A DNA stretch of 62,260 nucleotides, the filler included, from Hausera hauseri (Eukaryota): NCBI GenBank assembly GCA_046269625.1. It is 9 parts of 9 records of this genome, joined end to end, with 100 filler letters (N's around TTAATTAATTAA, not from the genome) between each part and the next. Parts side by side here need not be neighbours in the genome. Positions count along the whole stretch, not along the records: positions 36,773 to 52,600 come from JBJURY010377701.1; 8 more parts are not named here. One strand, written 5' to 3'. This document shows positions 38,136-51,774 of this stretch, one piece after another; position 1 is the first letter of the stretch; each line of letters begins with the position of its first letter. The notes under the pieces are model-generated. The model saw only the letters and a program-made list of their open reading frames with translations, was not told the DNA's origin and searched no databases. The translations under genes were made by a program, and so were the position numbers.

Positions 38136-41100
38136 CCGCATAGCGTCTCCTTCACCGAACCTAGTAAGACTAGTATGATTAAAGTCAATGAGAACTTAGA
38201 AGCGAAATATGGTGTTCGTGGTGATACAGGTACTATTATCGACATACAGGATTTGCTGAAATTTTTAGATGCTCAAGCGGAAACTACTAATCCACAAATT
38301 CTGACGATCAGAAGAGAGTATGGAGATAAGCTAAGACTGTTAGAAGTTCATCATGGTTTTTCAGAACCAGAAACTGAATATACTATGCGATCGCACCTAA
38401 GAGAATTGAGGTGACACGGAAAAAGAGTGTTCCCATGAGTAATAAAATAGCAGATACACCAGGAACTTCGACAGAAGTCGACTTAGGTGCAAAACCTGAG
38501 TTCACAATCAAAAAAGTAGATAAGACTACTAAAGTAGAAATAGCCGAAAAAGAATTCATGGAGCCATTGATACTTAAAATTATGAAAAATAGAGGCCTCG
38601 GCCCCTCTCTGAAAACGAAACGTAGGAGACGTTTAAGTTCGTAGGTACCTGGAGAAAAAATAGAAGAAACGAAAAATACGAACATTGATGCACACAACGA
38701 CGTAGAGCCTATCTTAAATACGCCAGTAATTGGCCAATTTACACTCATCGAGGCAAAAGAATCGGTAGAGTCAATTATGGAAATTAACAAAATTTGCCAA
38801 CTTTCCACTAATGAGGAAAAAACGGGAAACATTGATGAATCTGATCCAAGAAAATGGAAAGTCATATGTTCATGGAAAAACACCTATGAATTAAAGAAAA
38901 TGAGAATTAGATGTCACGGTCCAGAAACATTACGGTGTAATTTGGACAGACTTAAGTAGATTAGCGAACAAGTAGATATATCCGGTAAAGAGCAACAATT
39001 TGCTGAGAGGTTATATAAAAGTTTAAAATTATGTAGCAAAGGAAAGTTAGATGAAGCAATCGACTTAGGACAACTTAAAGAAGTACCATCTGAAACGTTG
39101 TCAAAATGAAAGCGTGAATTAGAAACATGGATTAAAAGTGGAGTCGAATTTTCGGAAGGATGGAGCAAGAATGAAGATAGTGTAAGATAGATAAAGCTCA
39201 GACGCTACTATCTACCTTAGAAGTAAATCCAAAACTGAATAGAGTAGTCCGTAATTTAGAGCGTACAATGGATGAAATTCGCTATGCAATAATTAATCGG
39301 CTTAGAGAAAAACCGGTTAACCATCGAAGTAACGTTGATTTACAGATATTGTGTATAGACCCAGTAGATATTCCTCCCTTAATGGCGATAAAAATCGCCT
39401 TCGCTATACCCAAACAATATACAAACCTAGAGGATCGTATCAAAATAAAAAATGAAAAGCGAACCCAAATTTTTAGTTTGAGAAACCGAATTGTTTCTAA
39501 ATAACGAGGAAACCAAAAACGTAATAAAAGCTTGTATCGTAGAATTCGACGAATATGAGGATGAGTTCAATTATGTCAGCCAGATCATAAATTTTATAAA
39601 GGGTATGGATGACGAATTAAAGGATGCATACAAGATGCCAGACAAATCTATATTGGCAAAGCCAATAATCGCCAATCAATTGTCGGAATGGTCCTATTTA
39701 ATAATGAGACTAAGCACATTAGTAGAAAATCGTAAGAAAGAATTTCCAGAAAGCAAACCATCGGTAAAAAGGCAATTAAAGGAAAATGCACGTAATTTGG
39801 ATACAATACAAGCAGAAATAGACATCCGGACGCAATTCGAAACATTACGACGACTAAACTTTATGAAGAATCAAGAAACGAAGATACTGGAAGAGATTTA
39901 TAAAATGATCGTCGAAACAAACTTTATAGAAAAGCGAAATATGATTTGTGATTAATACCCAAGGTTAAGAAACGTCTGACTAAAAGGAGTCCAACATTTA
40001 ACAGATAAACCTGTCGACGAAATTTCAATCCAAGATATCGAAACCTTAGATATTTGTCCGGAACATAGAGCCGCTTTAGAGGAAGCATTAAAATTCTTGA
40101 ATAAATCACAAGAATGGATGGCCGGAACTGATCAGTATTGCCATACCGGGTTGACAAAAATAAGAAACAACCAACATCTTAGTTTTGAAGAATCTAAGTT
40201 CGTAAAGAAATTGCTCAATGCAATAGATCTCGACTAAAATTATAAATGAGCTGTATGAGTTAGCCTTCCTGTTAGTAAAAATGGCAGAGATTAATTATGA
40301 GAAGATGAGGCAATTAATTCCCAAATTACGACAAGTCGAAGAAACGTGCATTAGAACCAAACAAAAGGCAACGAGGTTAGACGAATTAGTAAGAGCTCGA
40401 AATCTACCTGAACAAATATGCTTTTACCGAATCAGAAATCAAAAATAAGCGAGAATTTGTACAAAGATGGCAAAGAGATGTAATTATTGAACTAACTGAT
40501 TATCACTAAAAAGGATTCATCAATTCTAATGAATTAGGCGAACTACTGAAAATGATTAAGTATGTCTGAGGGAACGGAATAGAATTCCGGATCACACATA
40601 TAAAAGAAATACAGCCAAGGATAAAAGAGATTCAAGAGAAAATACAAAAGGCAAATACAACACTAGTAAACTATGGACTTCCAGACGTTGGAAATGAACC
40701 GGAATGAAATGCGTACTTAGATGCGTTAACGACCGAAAATCCTGTGACTCCAGTACAGCTAAATAAAATAGAAACGTGTCCGCAGAATAGAAGATTCGAT
40801 GTGGAGATGTGCCTGGATTCAGCGCTAACTGAAAAAGATTTAATTAAACTAAATAACGTAAACATTACTGAGAGTAAGTTAAGACAACTTATTCCGACCT
40901 TGACTAAATTATCCAGTGGGAGCACAGTTTATAGCGCGGTGCCGAAACTTTTGATAAGGAAATACGATAAAATCTTGAAAGCTAAACCCGAGGTAGTGAT
41001 GAAAGTAATGGTACCATCCGAGTGGATGGATGAAAAAGAATGTGAGCTAACTACTTATTCCTATGTAAGGGACGTAACAGAATGGTTATTAAACAATGGC

Positions 41101-41937
41101 GGAGCAAACGAGTTAAACTATAGATTCTATTTTAGAAGTAAAATATTAGACGATTTAGAACAGTTAATAGACGTCGGGATTATCCCAGACAAAACAAATC
41201 AAATAGTGGTGATAGTAACCAATGAACAGACTAAAGAAGTCAACCGTAAGGCTAAGACAGAACAATGAGTACGGCAAATCATAGGAGTCCGAGACGCTGC
41301 AATGTATTTCGAGCATTTACAAACGGATGAGGACAAGGAACAATAAGACAAGAATTTAGTGCCACTGAGTGAAATAATAATCAATGTCCCTAGGCCGAAG
41401 CGTACAGTCGATAGGCCTAAGAAGACGCGACAAAAAGTTCGCTATAACGGAGAATTGATTAGAGAATTAAGACAAATGTCGATACCTACCTTCAACACAA
41501 ACAACAAAGAATTAACTGAATTAATGAAGAATTTAATACGTATTGTAAATTATTCAAGCCTCCGAGGCGACACATTAGATGATAAAGAAAAAGTGATATT
41601 TGATGCAGCTAGGATGATGAGTTCACGTTTCAAATTATCAAAAAGCAACCTGACCAATGAATCGGTAATCGAAAAGATCATGGTGGAAAACACCATTGAA
41701 GAATTAAGAAAGGTATTACTAGACTTAGCTATGAAAATAAATCCCAGTCAAGAAAACGAAATTAATAGAGCTACAAGCTTGGCACAAAGAGCTGCTAGGA
41801 ATTTACCCTGTAAAGTAAATTGGTCAAAATTATTCCATAAAAAACGCAAACGGCCCGGAAATAGCAATAGGCTTGAAGATATGCTACGTAATTTAACAAC
41901 GACAGATAATAGTAACCGAAAAAACGAATCAAAATGA
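38136..41937 (+). pseudogene. Long Gag extension: SR-rich, helical/coiled-coil-like, ubiquitin-like domain (~41000-41220), degenerate AT-hook (~41398-41424)
   Basis: In frame with CCHC; collinear in four copies. Confidence 0.8.
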
Positions 41938-44357
41938 CTAATCAGCTTATTCACCTTAATGATCCTAATAAAGCATATAGGCGCTGTTACCGTCCATGAC
42001 TGAGATAAGTTTAAATTAGTACAGAAATGTTCTCTAATGGATCTGCAAGTGTGCGAAGATGCCAGACCGCACAAGTTAGAAACGAGAGAGAAAAGTTATT
42101 TTCTGTACTGACAACAAGAATTGATATTATTAGATGGAATGGAATGTATGCTGAGACGATCTCGTAGCATTTTTCACTGTGGGCCAATGCACGGACATAC
42201 TTCAATAATCAAACCAACAACTCTTCTGATCCCAATGAATTTGGAACGCCAGCATTGTAAGCTGGCCAAGGAAACCGGAAGATTAAAATGGGATAGGATG
42301 AAACTAGAGAATCAACCAAAAAAGATAATTAGGGCATACAAAGTAGTGGTCGGACGGTTAGACATGCATAACGGACATTGTAGTGGAGCGGAATACGACA
42401 CCGGAAAAGGATTAGAAGCAAATGTATTGGTCGTAGATTTCTATGAATCGGAGATGCAAGTACAGAAAGTAATGTTCCATAGTGTCACCAAACTATATAC
42501 CGAGAATCAAAAATGCCATTTACAAGACGGAACCTGTGCCTTCAGAAGTTCTGTTATAATGTGGAAACCTCCCTCTGGAAGAAACTGTAAATTTATCAAA
42601 ATTAAGGAATTGAAATTTAACAAAACTACCGGAAAACGATATGTAGATAAATCAGACACCAACTCAAGGACACGCGAGGATGTAGCAGAGCACCCTACAC
42701 CTACTATATTAATCTCTGACCAGCATGGGCTAAAATTCATCAAAAAAGAATGATTTCTCGTTGTGAAGTAGTGATGTTCGCCACCAATTATGAAACATTT
42801 TTCGTTGCAGAAACGAAAATAAATGAGAAAACGTACAAGCTAGAAAAGCATGACATTCGGATTGAGGACTACCTGAAAAACCACGACGATTATTTCTATT
42901 ACAAAGGGCAAGTTGGAATAACCGAATTATATCATAAAATGATAACGAACGATTGTAAATCAGATATGGAAATCATGAGGACAAAACTGGCTCTTACACT
43001 AATCCCGAGTTGGCATCCACAATAATTCGTATGAAAGAGGGAATTTTCGGTCGAGTTACCTGTGAAGTCATATTAACTTACGAATGCGAGAAAAGGGATG
43101 TACCAAGCAACGTTAAAAAAACGTTGCATACAGGAGCTTCCTGTTATTTACCAGAATACTCCAAGGTTAGCCACGCCAATCACTAGAGTGCTATTAGAAA
43201 ATGCAACTAAACCGACAATCCTTAAAGATTGTAAGGAAAGTTTAGGAGAACCCATGTAAAGGCGTAGTGAAACGGATTGGGTTAGTTTGCCAAATGGAGG
43301 TATTACTGCCGCTCAAAATAAACTAACAAACAAATCTTGCAAAAGGAATTACCAACGACAAATTTCAAGACACTTCATCAAAAGGCATATATAGGCCTAA
43401 GGAAATCGAAGCTTTCAGGCAATTTATCGCTTTCCCGCGACAACGGACATACAAATTAAATCGAGCCATGGCCTCCGTAGTAGATGATACTCGATATCAA
43501 GCAAAATTGGAATCATTAATCGACGTAAATCATTATCATGGAGTAACCACAGAAATCCTCTACAAAATTTGGGGAAGATTCCTAATTTTTGGACAAGTTG
43601 CATCTGGATTTTTAACAACATATTTCCTAATACAGATGATTAAGGTATTCATCCTAGCAGTGATAAATGGGTATGAAATATTTACGTTGACCGGATTTTC
43701 ATGTAAAATACTGACTGCAATTATAACGCCCTTTGGAAAGTTATTGAAAGCATATGAAGAAAATAAATGGAAATCGGACGTAAAACGCCACGCCGGGTAC
43801 CACAACCGTAAACGAAAAAGAAGATCTATGCTCTTATACAAGCGGAGGATCACAAAACCTAATACACGAAGGAATAATTCAGATGATGACAAGCCTAAGG
43901 AAGAAGTACTTTCAAAAATAGACAGGCACAAGACGTATTCCGTCATTAAAGCACTATTGTCTATGCTACCCCCTACTGCTCCAGTCTACGAAGACTGTGA
44001 CAAACGATCAATGAGCTCGTATCAGATAGAAATCTATAAGACAATTAGTTTAGAAGACCCCTACGAAGGAAGAAAAGTTATCGAGTCCTACGAAAAATGT
44101 GTTATCGACAGCCCATGGATGACCCCAGAATATTGTATTCCCCGAGAGAACCTCGGAATATAGAGACTAGATCACCTGTCTAAGATAATTCAAGGTTAAG
44201 AACCTTCCGGAATATAGAGTCACACACGAACAATCGAAAACCATTAATTAATACTCATGAAATAAAAGAATTAAATATCGAAAACAATGAATTATATCCT
44301 AACGAAGAATTAAGACAATTATCGGAAAACAGTATTCTCCCCAGAAATCCGAATTAA
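41938..44357 (+). pseudogene. env: Chuvirus-like envelope glycoprotein with TM and long cytoplasmic tail, copy G
   Basis: LISLFTLMILIKHIGA-VTVHD; ECMLRRSRSIFHCGPMHGHTS; IQELPV; TM at ~43570-43730 followed by NRKRKRR. Confidence 0.8.
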
Positions 44358-47300
44358 CGGGCATAAAATATCAGCAACTAAACGCCAAAAAGTTGCATCA
44401 AACTGTTTTGGAACAGTAATAGAAGGAAGACCCTTCGCCAAAATCATTATTGAAAAATAGGAAGTTTATGCATTAATCGATACAGGATTTGAGATGTCTT
44501 ACATCAAAAATGATTTAATACCTCAAACGCTAAGAGGACAATTATACCCACCATCTACAAAAGACCCAAGCAATACAAGAGTTTTTGGCCAAATGTCGAA
44601 ACCGATGTTCAAATGGAACCCAGAAGTTCAAATAGTTGGACAATTTTTCCGTCACGAATTTGCAGTTATAGAACAATTAACTGACGACGTGATTTTAGGG
44701 TGTGATCTACTAAAAAGACTATCGAATATAGCAATTGACTTACAAACGGGAAAATTAATACAAATTAAACCAAATAGAGGCGTAAAAAACACTAAGGATA
44801 GAAAATTTGGAGAAGTATGGATACCAGTAAATGAAAATATTCCACCGAGAACGGAGATAATAATTTACGCTCAGGTTCAACAGGATGACGATAAACCGGT
44901 ATATATCAAACCAAAGGAGATATTAAATCTGAATATAATACTTAGTAACATACAGACAAGAGTACACTCCGGTTGTGTGCCGATCAGGATAGCAAATAAT
45001 GCACCGACCCCCGTGAAGCTTCATGCCTATACAACTTTAGGGGATACATATAGGGTGTTTTCTATAACTATTGAAAAAAACCTTACAAGTATGCTGAATT
45101 CCCACCTCATGCTAAAACTAAGTTTCCCCCCCCCAATCTTATTGTCGATTCTATGACAATAATTATGTCGCTAAGTCGATTATTGCTAAAGACGACGAAG
45201 ACGTTGGTAGGGCAAAGGCATTAAAATTAACTATTCCGCTTAAGAAAAAGCCTGGCTCGAATGAAGAAATAGATTTCGAAGATCAAAAAATTCTGAAATG
45301 GTATCTCCGACCACATTCATTAAGACCCGAGATAACAAAAGAAGTGGAACGGATGCTTAAGATCGATATAATTAGGCCAAGTTATGGATCGTGGTATTCA
45401 CCAATCCTCATGGTTAAGAAGAAATGGACTATAAAACATCGATTCTGTATTGACTACAGAGCATTAAATAATCTTATGATAAAAGATTCTTTTCCACTGC
45501 TATTAGTAAAAGAGGCTATAGATAGGCTCTCAGGAGCAAAGTGGTTTACCACTCTGGACTTACAATCCGGGTATTGGCAAGTAGAAATTGAGGACGAAGA
45601 CCGATATAAAATAGGATTCAAGACACAAAATGGTGTTTATAAATTCAACGTCATGCTGTTTGGTTTTACTACCGGGCCGGCCATATTTACAAGGATGATG
45701 AACAAAATGTTATTGGGGTTAGATCATGCTTTTGCATACTCAGATGATGTAATGATAGCGTCCAGAACGGAGAGGGAACACCTGAAGGATATTGAACACA
45801 CGCTGATGCGACTAGAACAGGCCGGATTGAAATTAAATCCGAAATGTAAATGGGCTCAGAACAAAGTATCCTACCTTGGCCATATAGTTGGAAAAGGAGG
45901 ATCAAAACCAGATAAATCGTTATTGAACAAAATATCAGATTGCATGGAACCACAAAACCAGAAAGAGTTAAGGCATTGGCTAGGACTCTGCAGATATTAT
46001 GCCACTTATGTGCCTAGGAAAGGAATTAAATGGAAATGGACAGACAGAAAGCTTTCGACGAAAAGAAGATATTAACAAGAGAATCGGTTTTACGATACTC
46101 AAACTTTAACTTACCCTTTATAATCAAGACAGTTGCCGGTAAAACAGGCATTGAATACGAATTAGCACAAAAAAGAGAAGATGACAAATTAGAACACCCA
46201 ATTGCTTATGGAGGACGTTCCTTAAAGAAGGTCGAGAAAAACTATTCTGTCACCGAATTAGAAACTTTAGTCGTAAAAGAAGTGCTTCGACATTTCAACA
46301 TTTATGTGTATGGGGAGAAAATCATAATTGTTACTGATCATAAAGCCGTGACTACCCTAAAAGGACGAGCGAGTAATCCAACATGCAGACGTAATAGATG
46401 GATCGAAGAAATCTCTAGATATAATATCAAATTTCAGTATAAGCCAGAAAATAAACATGTTGACGCCGATGCACTATCAAAATTAAAGACCAAAACAAGT
46501 GCAGTCACTGTAATGAAGAAGTCAGCTTGAAGAAATAATAGATCGCCAACGCACCTTAACGATGGATAAAGCGATTAAAGTCTCAGCCGAACAAAGGAAG
46601 GATAGAATTATCCAGAACATTAAAGAATTTGATAAGAGGGACATAATACCAAAAGGACGACAATTAAAGAAACAACTATGTAGGCATGGATATAAATACT
46701 GCGTTCTGAACAACAAGAGCCTAAGAAACCTTCTATATTATGAACGAAAAGGAAGAAAACTAATAGGTATTCCAAAAAACTTACAAAATGAAGTTTTGAT
46801 GTCGGAATACAATTCATATTTGGCAGGACATATGTTCTGGAGGAAAACATTAGAATGAGTATTAAACAAATACTTTTGGCCCAACATTTATATTGATGTA
46901 AAGAATGGGGTAAATGCTTGTGAAGTATGTGCGACAAAGCAAAAGAACGAAAAAGTATATGGAGGAACTGAAACCAATCGACACACCGGACAGACCCATG
47001 CAGGCCATGCCAATGGATATCGACTAACTCATTTTGTTGAGTTGATAGCGCTAATTGATCAAAAAGCAGAAACCTTGGCCGAAGCCGTAGTTAGAAGAAT
47101 CATTTGCCTATATGGACCGCCAGACCAAATATCGACAGATCGAGGAAGAAATTTTACCACTGAACTATTCGAGAAGATTAGCAAAATATTTGAAATCGAA
47201 AGGTTAACCACAACTGCGTATCATCGTCAGTGCAATGGAATGGTTAAACGAATGAATGCAAATGTCATATGCATACTATCAACCGTAGTAGCCAAGGACC

Positions 47301-47800
47301 AAAATGATTAGTACGAATTTTTAGAAGGAACTCAATTTGCAATTAATACCGCTGCGCATCCAGCAACATGATTTACGCCAATTTTCATGATGTATGGACG
47401 TGAAGCTGTGTTACCCGCAGACTTAGGAATGACACCATACACCATCAATCCCGAAAATTTAGAACAAAACTTTGCAGAAGTATTGCAAACGTGACTACAA
47501 AAATGTTGGGAAATCGCCAAGAAGTTGCCCCAAGAATAACAAGAACAGTTTAAAAAGCAATATGATAAGGAAGCGAAACCGCATGATCTAGAACAGGGAA
47601 ATTGGGTCTATCTCCAATATTCAGCAGCCAAAAAAGGCACGTCATTAAAACTGACTCGTACAGGCAGAGGACCGTACGACGTTACCAGGGTTACTCCAAC
47701 CACAGTGCATATTAACAAAAACAGGAAAGAAGTCGTATCGGTGCAGAGTCGTTAAGACAGAGATACGGCCCAATAAATATTACAATTTACGTCAACGCGA
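44341..47800 (+). pseudogene. pol: pol: aspartic protease, RT, RNase H, integrase (Ty3/Gypsy order)
   Basis: ALIDTG (44479), ILGCD; WYSPI, FCIDYRALN, LDLQSGYWQV, YSDD; YSVTELE, TDHK, DADALS; AGH, CEVC, TDRGRNF, CNGMVKRMN, GPY, YNLRQR. Confidence 0.95.
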
Positions 47801-49236
47801 GATAAAAACTTACTCAATAATTACTAGACCGATATCATACGTTCAGACAGTTTTAGCACTATCATTAATTGATTCTTATATCCCAAGAGCACAAACTCAA
47901 TGGTGGGATGATGAATCTACGCTCGGAGACGTATATGGAATACGGAAAAGCGGACATAAGGCGGAAAACACCCTAGCGAAGAAACCAACAGCCGAAGAGA
48001 TCCAAAAACAAGAAGACAATACATTGTTACAATCAATGACGGTTCATTACTTCTCGCCAGACGCCGTGTGTATTGGACTTAAAACTTGGAGACCATATCA
48101 CGACTTTGGAAGATTTCAAATTGTTCTATACGATGTAGCAACAAAAGAGCGGAAAACTGTGATTTTAAACCCGGAGATTATGCCCAGTGCTGCGACAGAT
48201 TTTAAACATACCTACATCCTTACGTATCGCATGTATTTGCCGGACTCAGCAGAAGTTTATATCGAAGTAAACCCACAACTTCAGTTGGTTATTCCCCCTT
48301 GGTCCGGGCGATTCGGAGGGAAGCCCAGAGAAATGCTGCAATCCACTGACCCAGAGATAAGGTTATTAGACGAAAATATAAAAAGGATCTCAATAAATAA
48401 GGAAAAACATTGCATCCAAGTAGATACCCGAATAGGATTAAACCTTAGTCAAGAAATTAGTATTGTCTTCGAAGCAGTAAACGGACAAACTCCGAAAATA
48501 GAATACTCATCCGTCCGTGCAGGCGTACAACATCCATGTTGTAAACTGCCGGTAAACCGGGAATTCAAAATAAAATTTGACTTATATGAAGTGCGACCTA
48601 ACAAACCAAGTATACAGTTACGAACTTATTATCCCGAGAATAGAATATGGAAAATTTCAATAGAAATGACAACTACAAGACCGACCACTCGGATTAGTGC
48701 CCTTGCAAGAATCGTTACATCGGGCAGTACGCCTAAAAGAGAATTAGAAAGTATCCCTATCCAATATTTGGCACATCGATTCAAAATTGTGTTCTATGTG
48801 GAAGAGAAACTAAATTACGATATACACAAGCTGCCAAAAAACGTATAATAACCAAATTGTATCCTTACTTAAAAACACTCACCAGACAGAATGCAAATTG
48901 TTAAAAATACAATCCGATTACATAGTTCTGATATATGGAAAGAATAAACAAAACCAAACAATTATGTTGCGCACACTAGACAAAATTCGCGCACAATCGC
49001 ATATATACGAAAACATAGACGATGAAATCACAACCCCAATCACCACACAGGTACCAATGGGATTAACCGCTTTACCAATCACATCGATTGTCGTACTGTC
49101 AACGTTTGTTCTCACTACATTTATTACGATTTTTCGGTTAGTTGACATAAATTGTCATTCTAAGCGTCCTAAAATTACGGAACGGGAACTAAGAAAATTG
49201 GAAAACCCTATTGATCCGTATGATAAAATAACCTGA
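47800..49236 (+). pseudogene. Type I membrane protein with fibronectin-III-like repeats, in frame with the integrase tail
   Basis: Hydrophobic VQTVLALSLI after YNLRQR; beta-rich repeats with KLPVNREFKIKF and LKIQSDYIVLIYG; TM ITSIVVLSTFVLTTFITIF; tail ENPIDPY. Confidence 0.55.
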
Positions 49237-49320
49237 CAATTACAGAGCGGGTTATTCTGTCATCAAATGAAGAATTGGTTTTATTTTAAAACCGTTCTCT
49301 ATTGTAAGAGTAATCCGTAT

Positions 49321-49353
49321 TGTTTATTTTTCAGAACTGAGATCCACAAAATG
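49321..49353 (+). promoter_or_regulatory. Putative splice acceptor followed by ATG of the 3' ORF
   Basis: TGTTTATTTTTCAG (AG at 49333-49334) in an otherwise A-rich strand, then CACAAAATG at 49351. Confidence 0.5.
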
Positions 49354-51590
49354 TCCGAACGACGGAGGATCGACGAACGGGAAACAATAAACATTTCCGC
49401 ATGCCAACGTAGTATCGTATAATTTCTACAAGATTGCGCTACCATACTTATCATGAATTCTAATTCCGTCTATCGAGAGACCCACAACGAACTACACGGG
49501 AAAGCAGCCGTGAAATATGATCAGGTCCACACTATACCGAATATTTTAAGGGAACTACAGAAAAAGCCAGAGTTGTCTACCTTTATGCCATGAGAGAAGA
49601 CCAAAACGCTAGGACTTCTCCCCCAGACAGTTAGTAAACTACGAATTTGGCCGAGACCTTTATATCCATCTAGCCGATGGCGAAATTTATTACCGGATCC
49701 AAGACCAAGAGTGGAACACGAGAATTGAAAGACAGTGCAAGTTCAGTACTCTTAAATTACGAAGCGAAGATTTGCAGGATAAGGAATTAGAATTTCGAGT
49801 CACCGCTCTCCCCGTTAAGATGATGATTGAGGTGATCAATGATGAACAAGACCATGTCTCCTTACCGCACTTAAGATTTCGGCATAGACCGTTAGAATCA
49901 GAATTGGAAAAATCCTTATACTCCTATAGACTGGTATCGAATGCTAGAAACGTAAGAATTATCGCCATAAGTTGTGGAGAAGGAAGCGAAGCAGAGAAAA
50001 TCCCAATAGAAATTTCAGTCAAAGACAAATGGGACAGAATCTTATCACACAATTCTTAGTCCCAGGAAACGTGTCAGAGAAACGTTTTACGATCAGACAA
50101 AGATTCGTAAAGAAAGCCTAAAGGATGGAAGGGATATCAAGGTTGTACAGAGTTAGCCCATTGTCTATATGGGTACATCCTTGTTGGATACCGTGTGGAA
50201 AAAATTATATCCTTATTAGAAATTCCTTATTCAAAGCTCGAGGGGATAAGAGAACTTAACACACACCTGTGATCGCCGAACAGAAAAAGAAATTGTTACG
50301 GGAAATAGACTATCCAATGCCGAAAGTTATGGATGCTTACTTTAAGCTAATGGTGGAAGCCACAAATAACAGTCGTGTTAAGGTCAGTAAGCTATTGACA
50401 GAAGGTCAACGTACCCAACACCTCCGATATTTATGTAGGATTGTCATGGGAAAACGAATGGGATCCCCGGAATCCCGAGCACAACTTAGTCAGCTCCGCA
50501 AATCCAGATAGAATTAATGGAAAGTACTGGAAACAATACCAACCATATAAAATTAGTAAAATTACGGTACCTGGAACCAGTGAAAACCAACTACCCATTA
50601 CTAGTCAGGAGACTTCCGAATAACTGCCTAAAAAAGGGACCGACAGTATGACTTTCAAAGTTCCCCAAATTCCAAAGAATAAACAAAAGGTCGATTCACC
50701 GATCCAAAATACCTAAAAGAAGACTTCATCGTATGACCTTATATTTAAAAGAGCGCACAAACCAACTAAACCAGCGAGACAGAAAAGACTACCGAGATAA
50801 CAGATGGGACTAAAGAGTCACTGCCAGCAGAGAATCGACTAACGACCGAGGAAGAACCAAAAAAAGCAATAATCAGAAAACAAAAACCCCCAAAAGAACC
50901 CAAACGGTTTACGGAGGTAAACGTTCTTAGGAATAAACACCTCCCGGGAAATCAACATTTCGCAACAACAGAGAATCTACCCAGGATGCTAATCACAACC
51001 AAACATTAGTCATGGAAAAATCAAAGAAGCAGTATTTTACATCAGTCACCCAAAAGAGAGAAATATATGAAAATACTTACATATGGGAAAATTCCAAATG
51101 AGGAAAATACGTTGCACCGATTTTTTCATCAAAGAGGAATAGAAGACTGACAGTGCCAGTATACAAACAGATAAAACTCCTACTGAAAAAACAATATCAA
51201 AAGTACCAGTTAGCCAATAAAGTTCCCGATTTAGACCGTGAAATGATGGCAGATTGAACACTGGTAACCGTAAGCTGTGACCCAAGAAGGAGCTGTGTGG
51301 ATCCCAAGCAGAAGAGAATTCACGGATATCTATATCAAAATGAGGAAGGATTAGTTTTCGAGCAGATTTAACTTAAGATAAGGGTAGACCTGGACAACGA
51401 AAAGTAGGAAAGAAAAGAAAACGAATGCCCTATCTGTGAAGCTAATCTTCAACAAGGATTTGTCATCCTAGACAATAGAGATTGCCGACACAAATACTGC
51501 CGATAGTGTCTAGAAAAATGGACCCTTGAAAACGGTAAGACCACTTGCCCAGTATGTCCAACCGAAGCAGCTGACTTAAAGTGCTATTAA
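49351..51590 (+). pseudogene. 3' accessory ORF with C-terminal RING-HC finger (~51426-51558)
   Basis: CPICEANLQQGFVILDNRDCRHKYCR*CLEKWTLENGKTTCPVC read manually; missing from the ORF track because of a stop. Confidence 0.7.
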
Positions 51591-51762
51591 AATGGAAGTT
51601 ATACGAGAGTGGTCCGTATAAGACCCCACTATGCCTATGGAATAGAAACCAATAATAATATGGATTCCGGAGCAAGCTTACAAAGAAGGATAAATCTATT
51701 GAGACAACAGGGAACTGGCGGCATCTCTTCTGACGCAATAGGCGCCTTCGAGGATGGGGTTC

Positions 51763-51774
51763 AGGGAGAAGAAA
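51763..51774 (+). promoter_or_regulatory. Polypurine tract
   Basis: AGGGAGAAGAAA immediately before TGTTATA. Confidence 0.85.
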
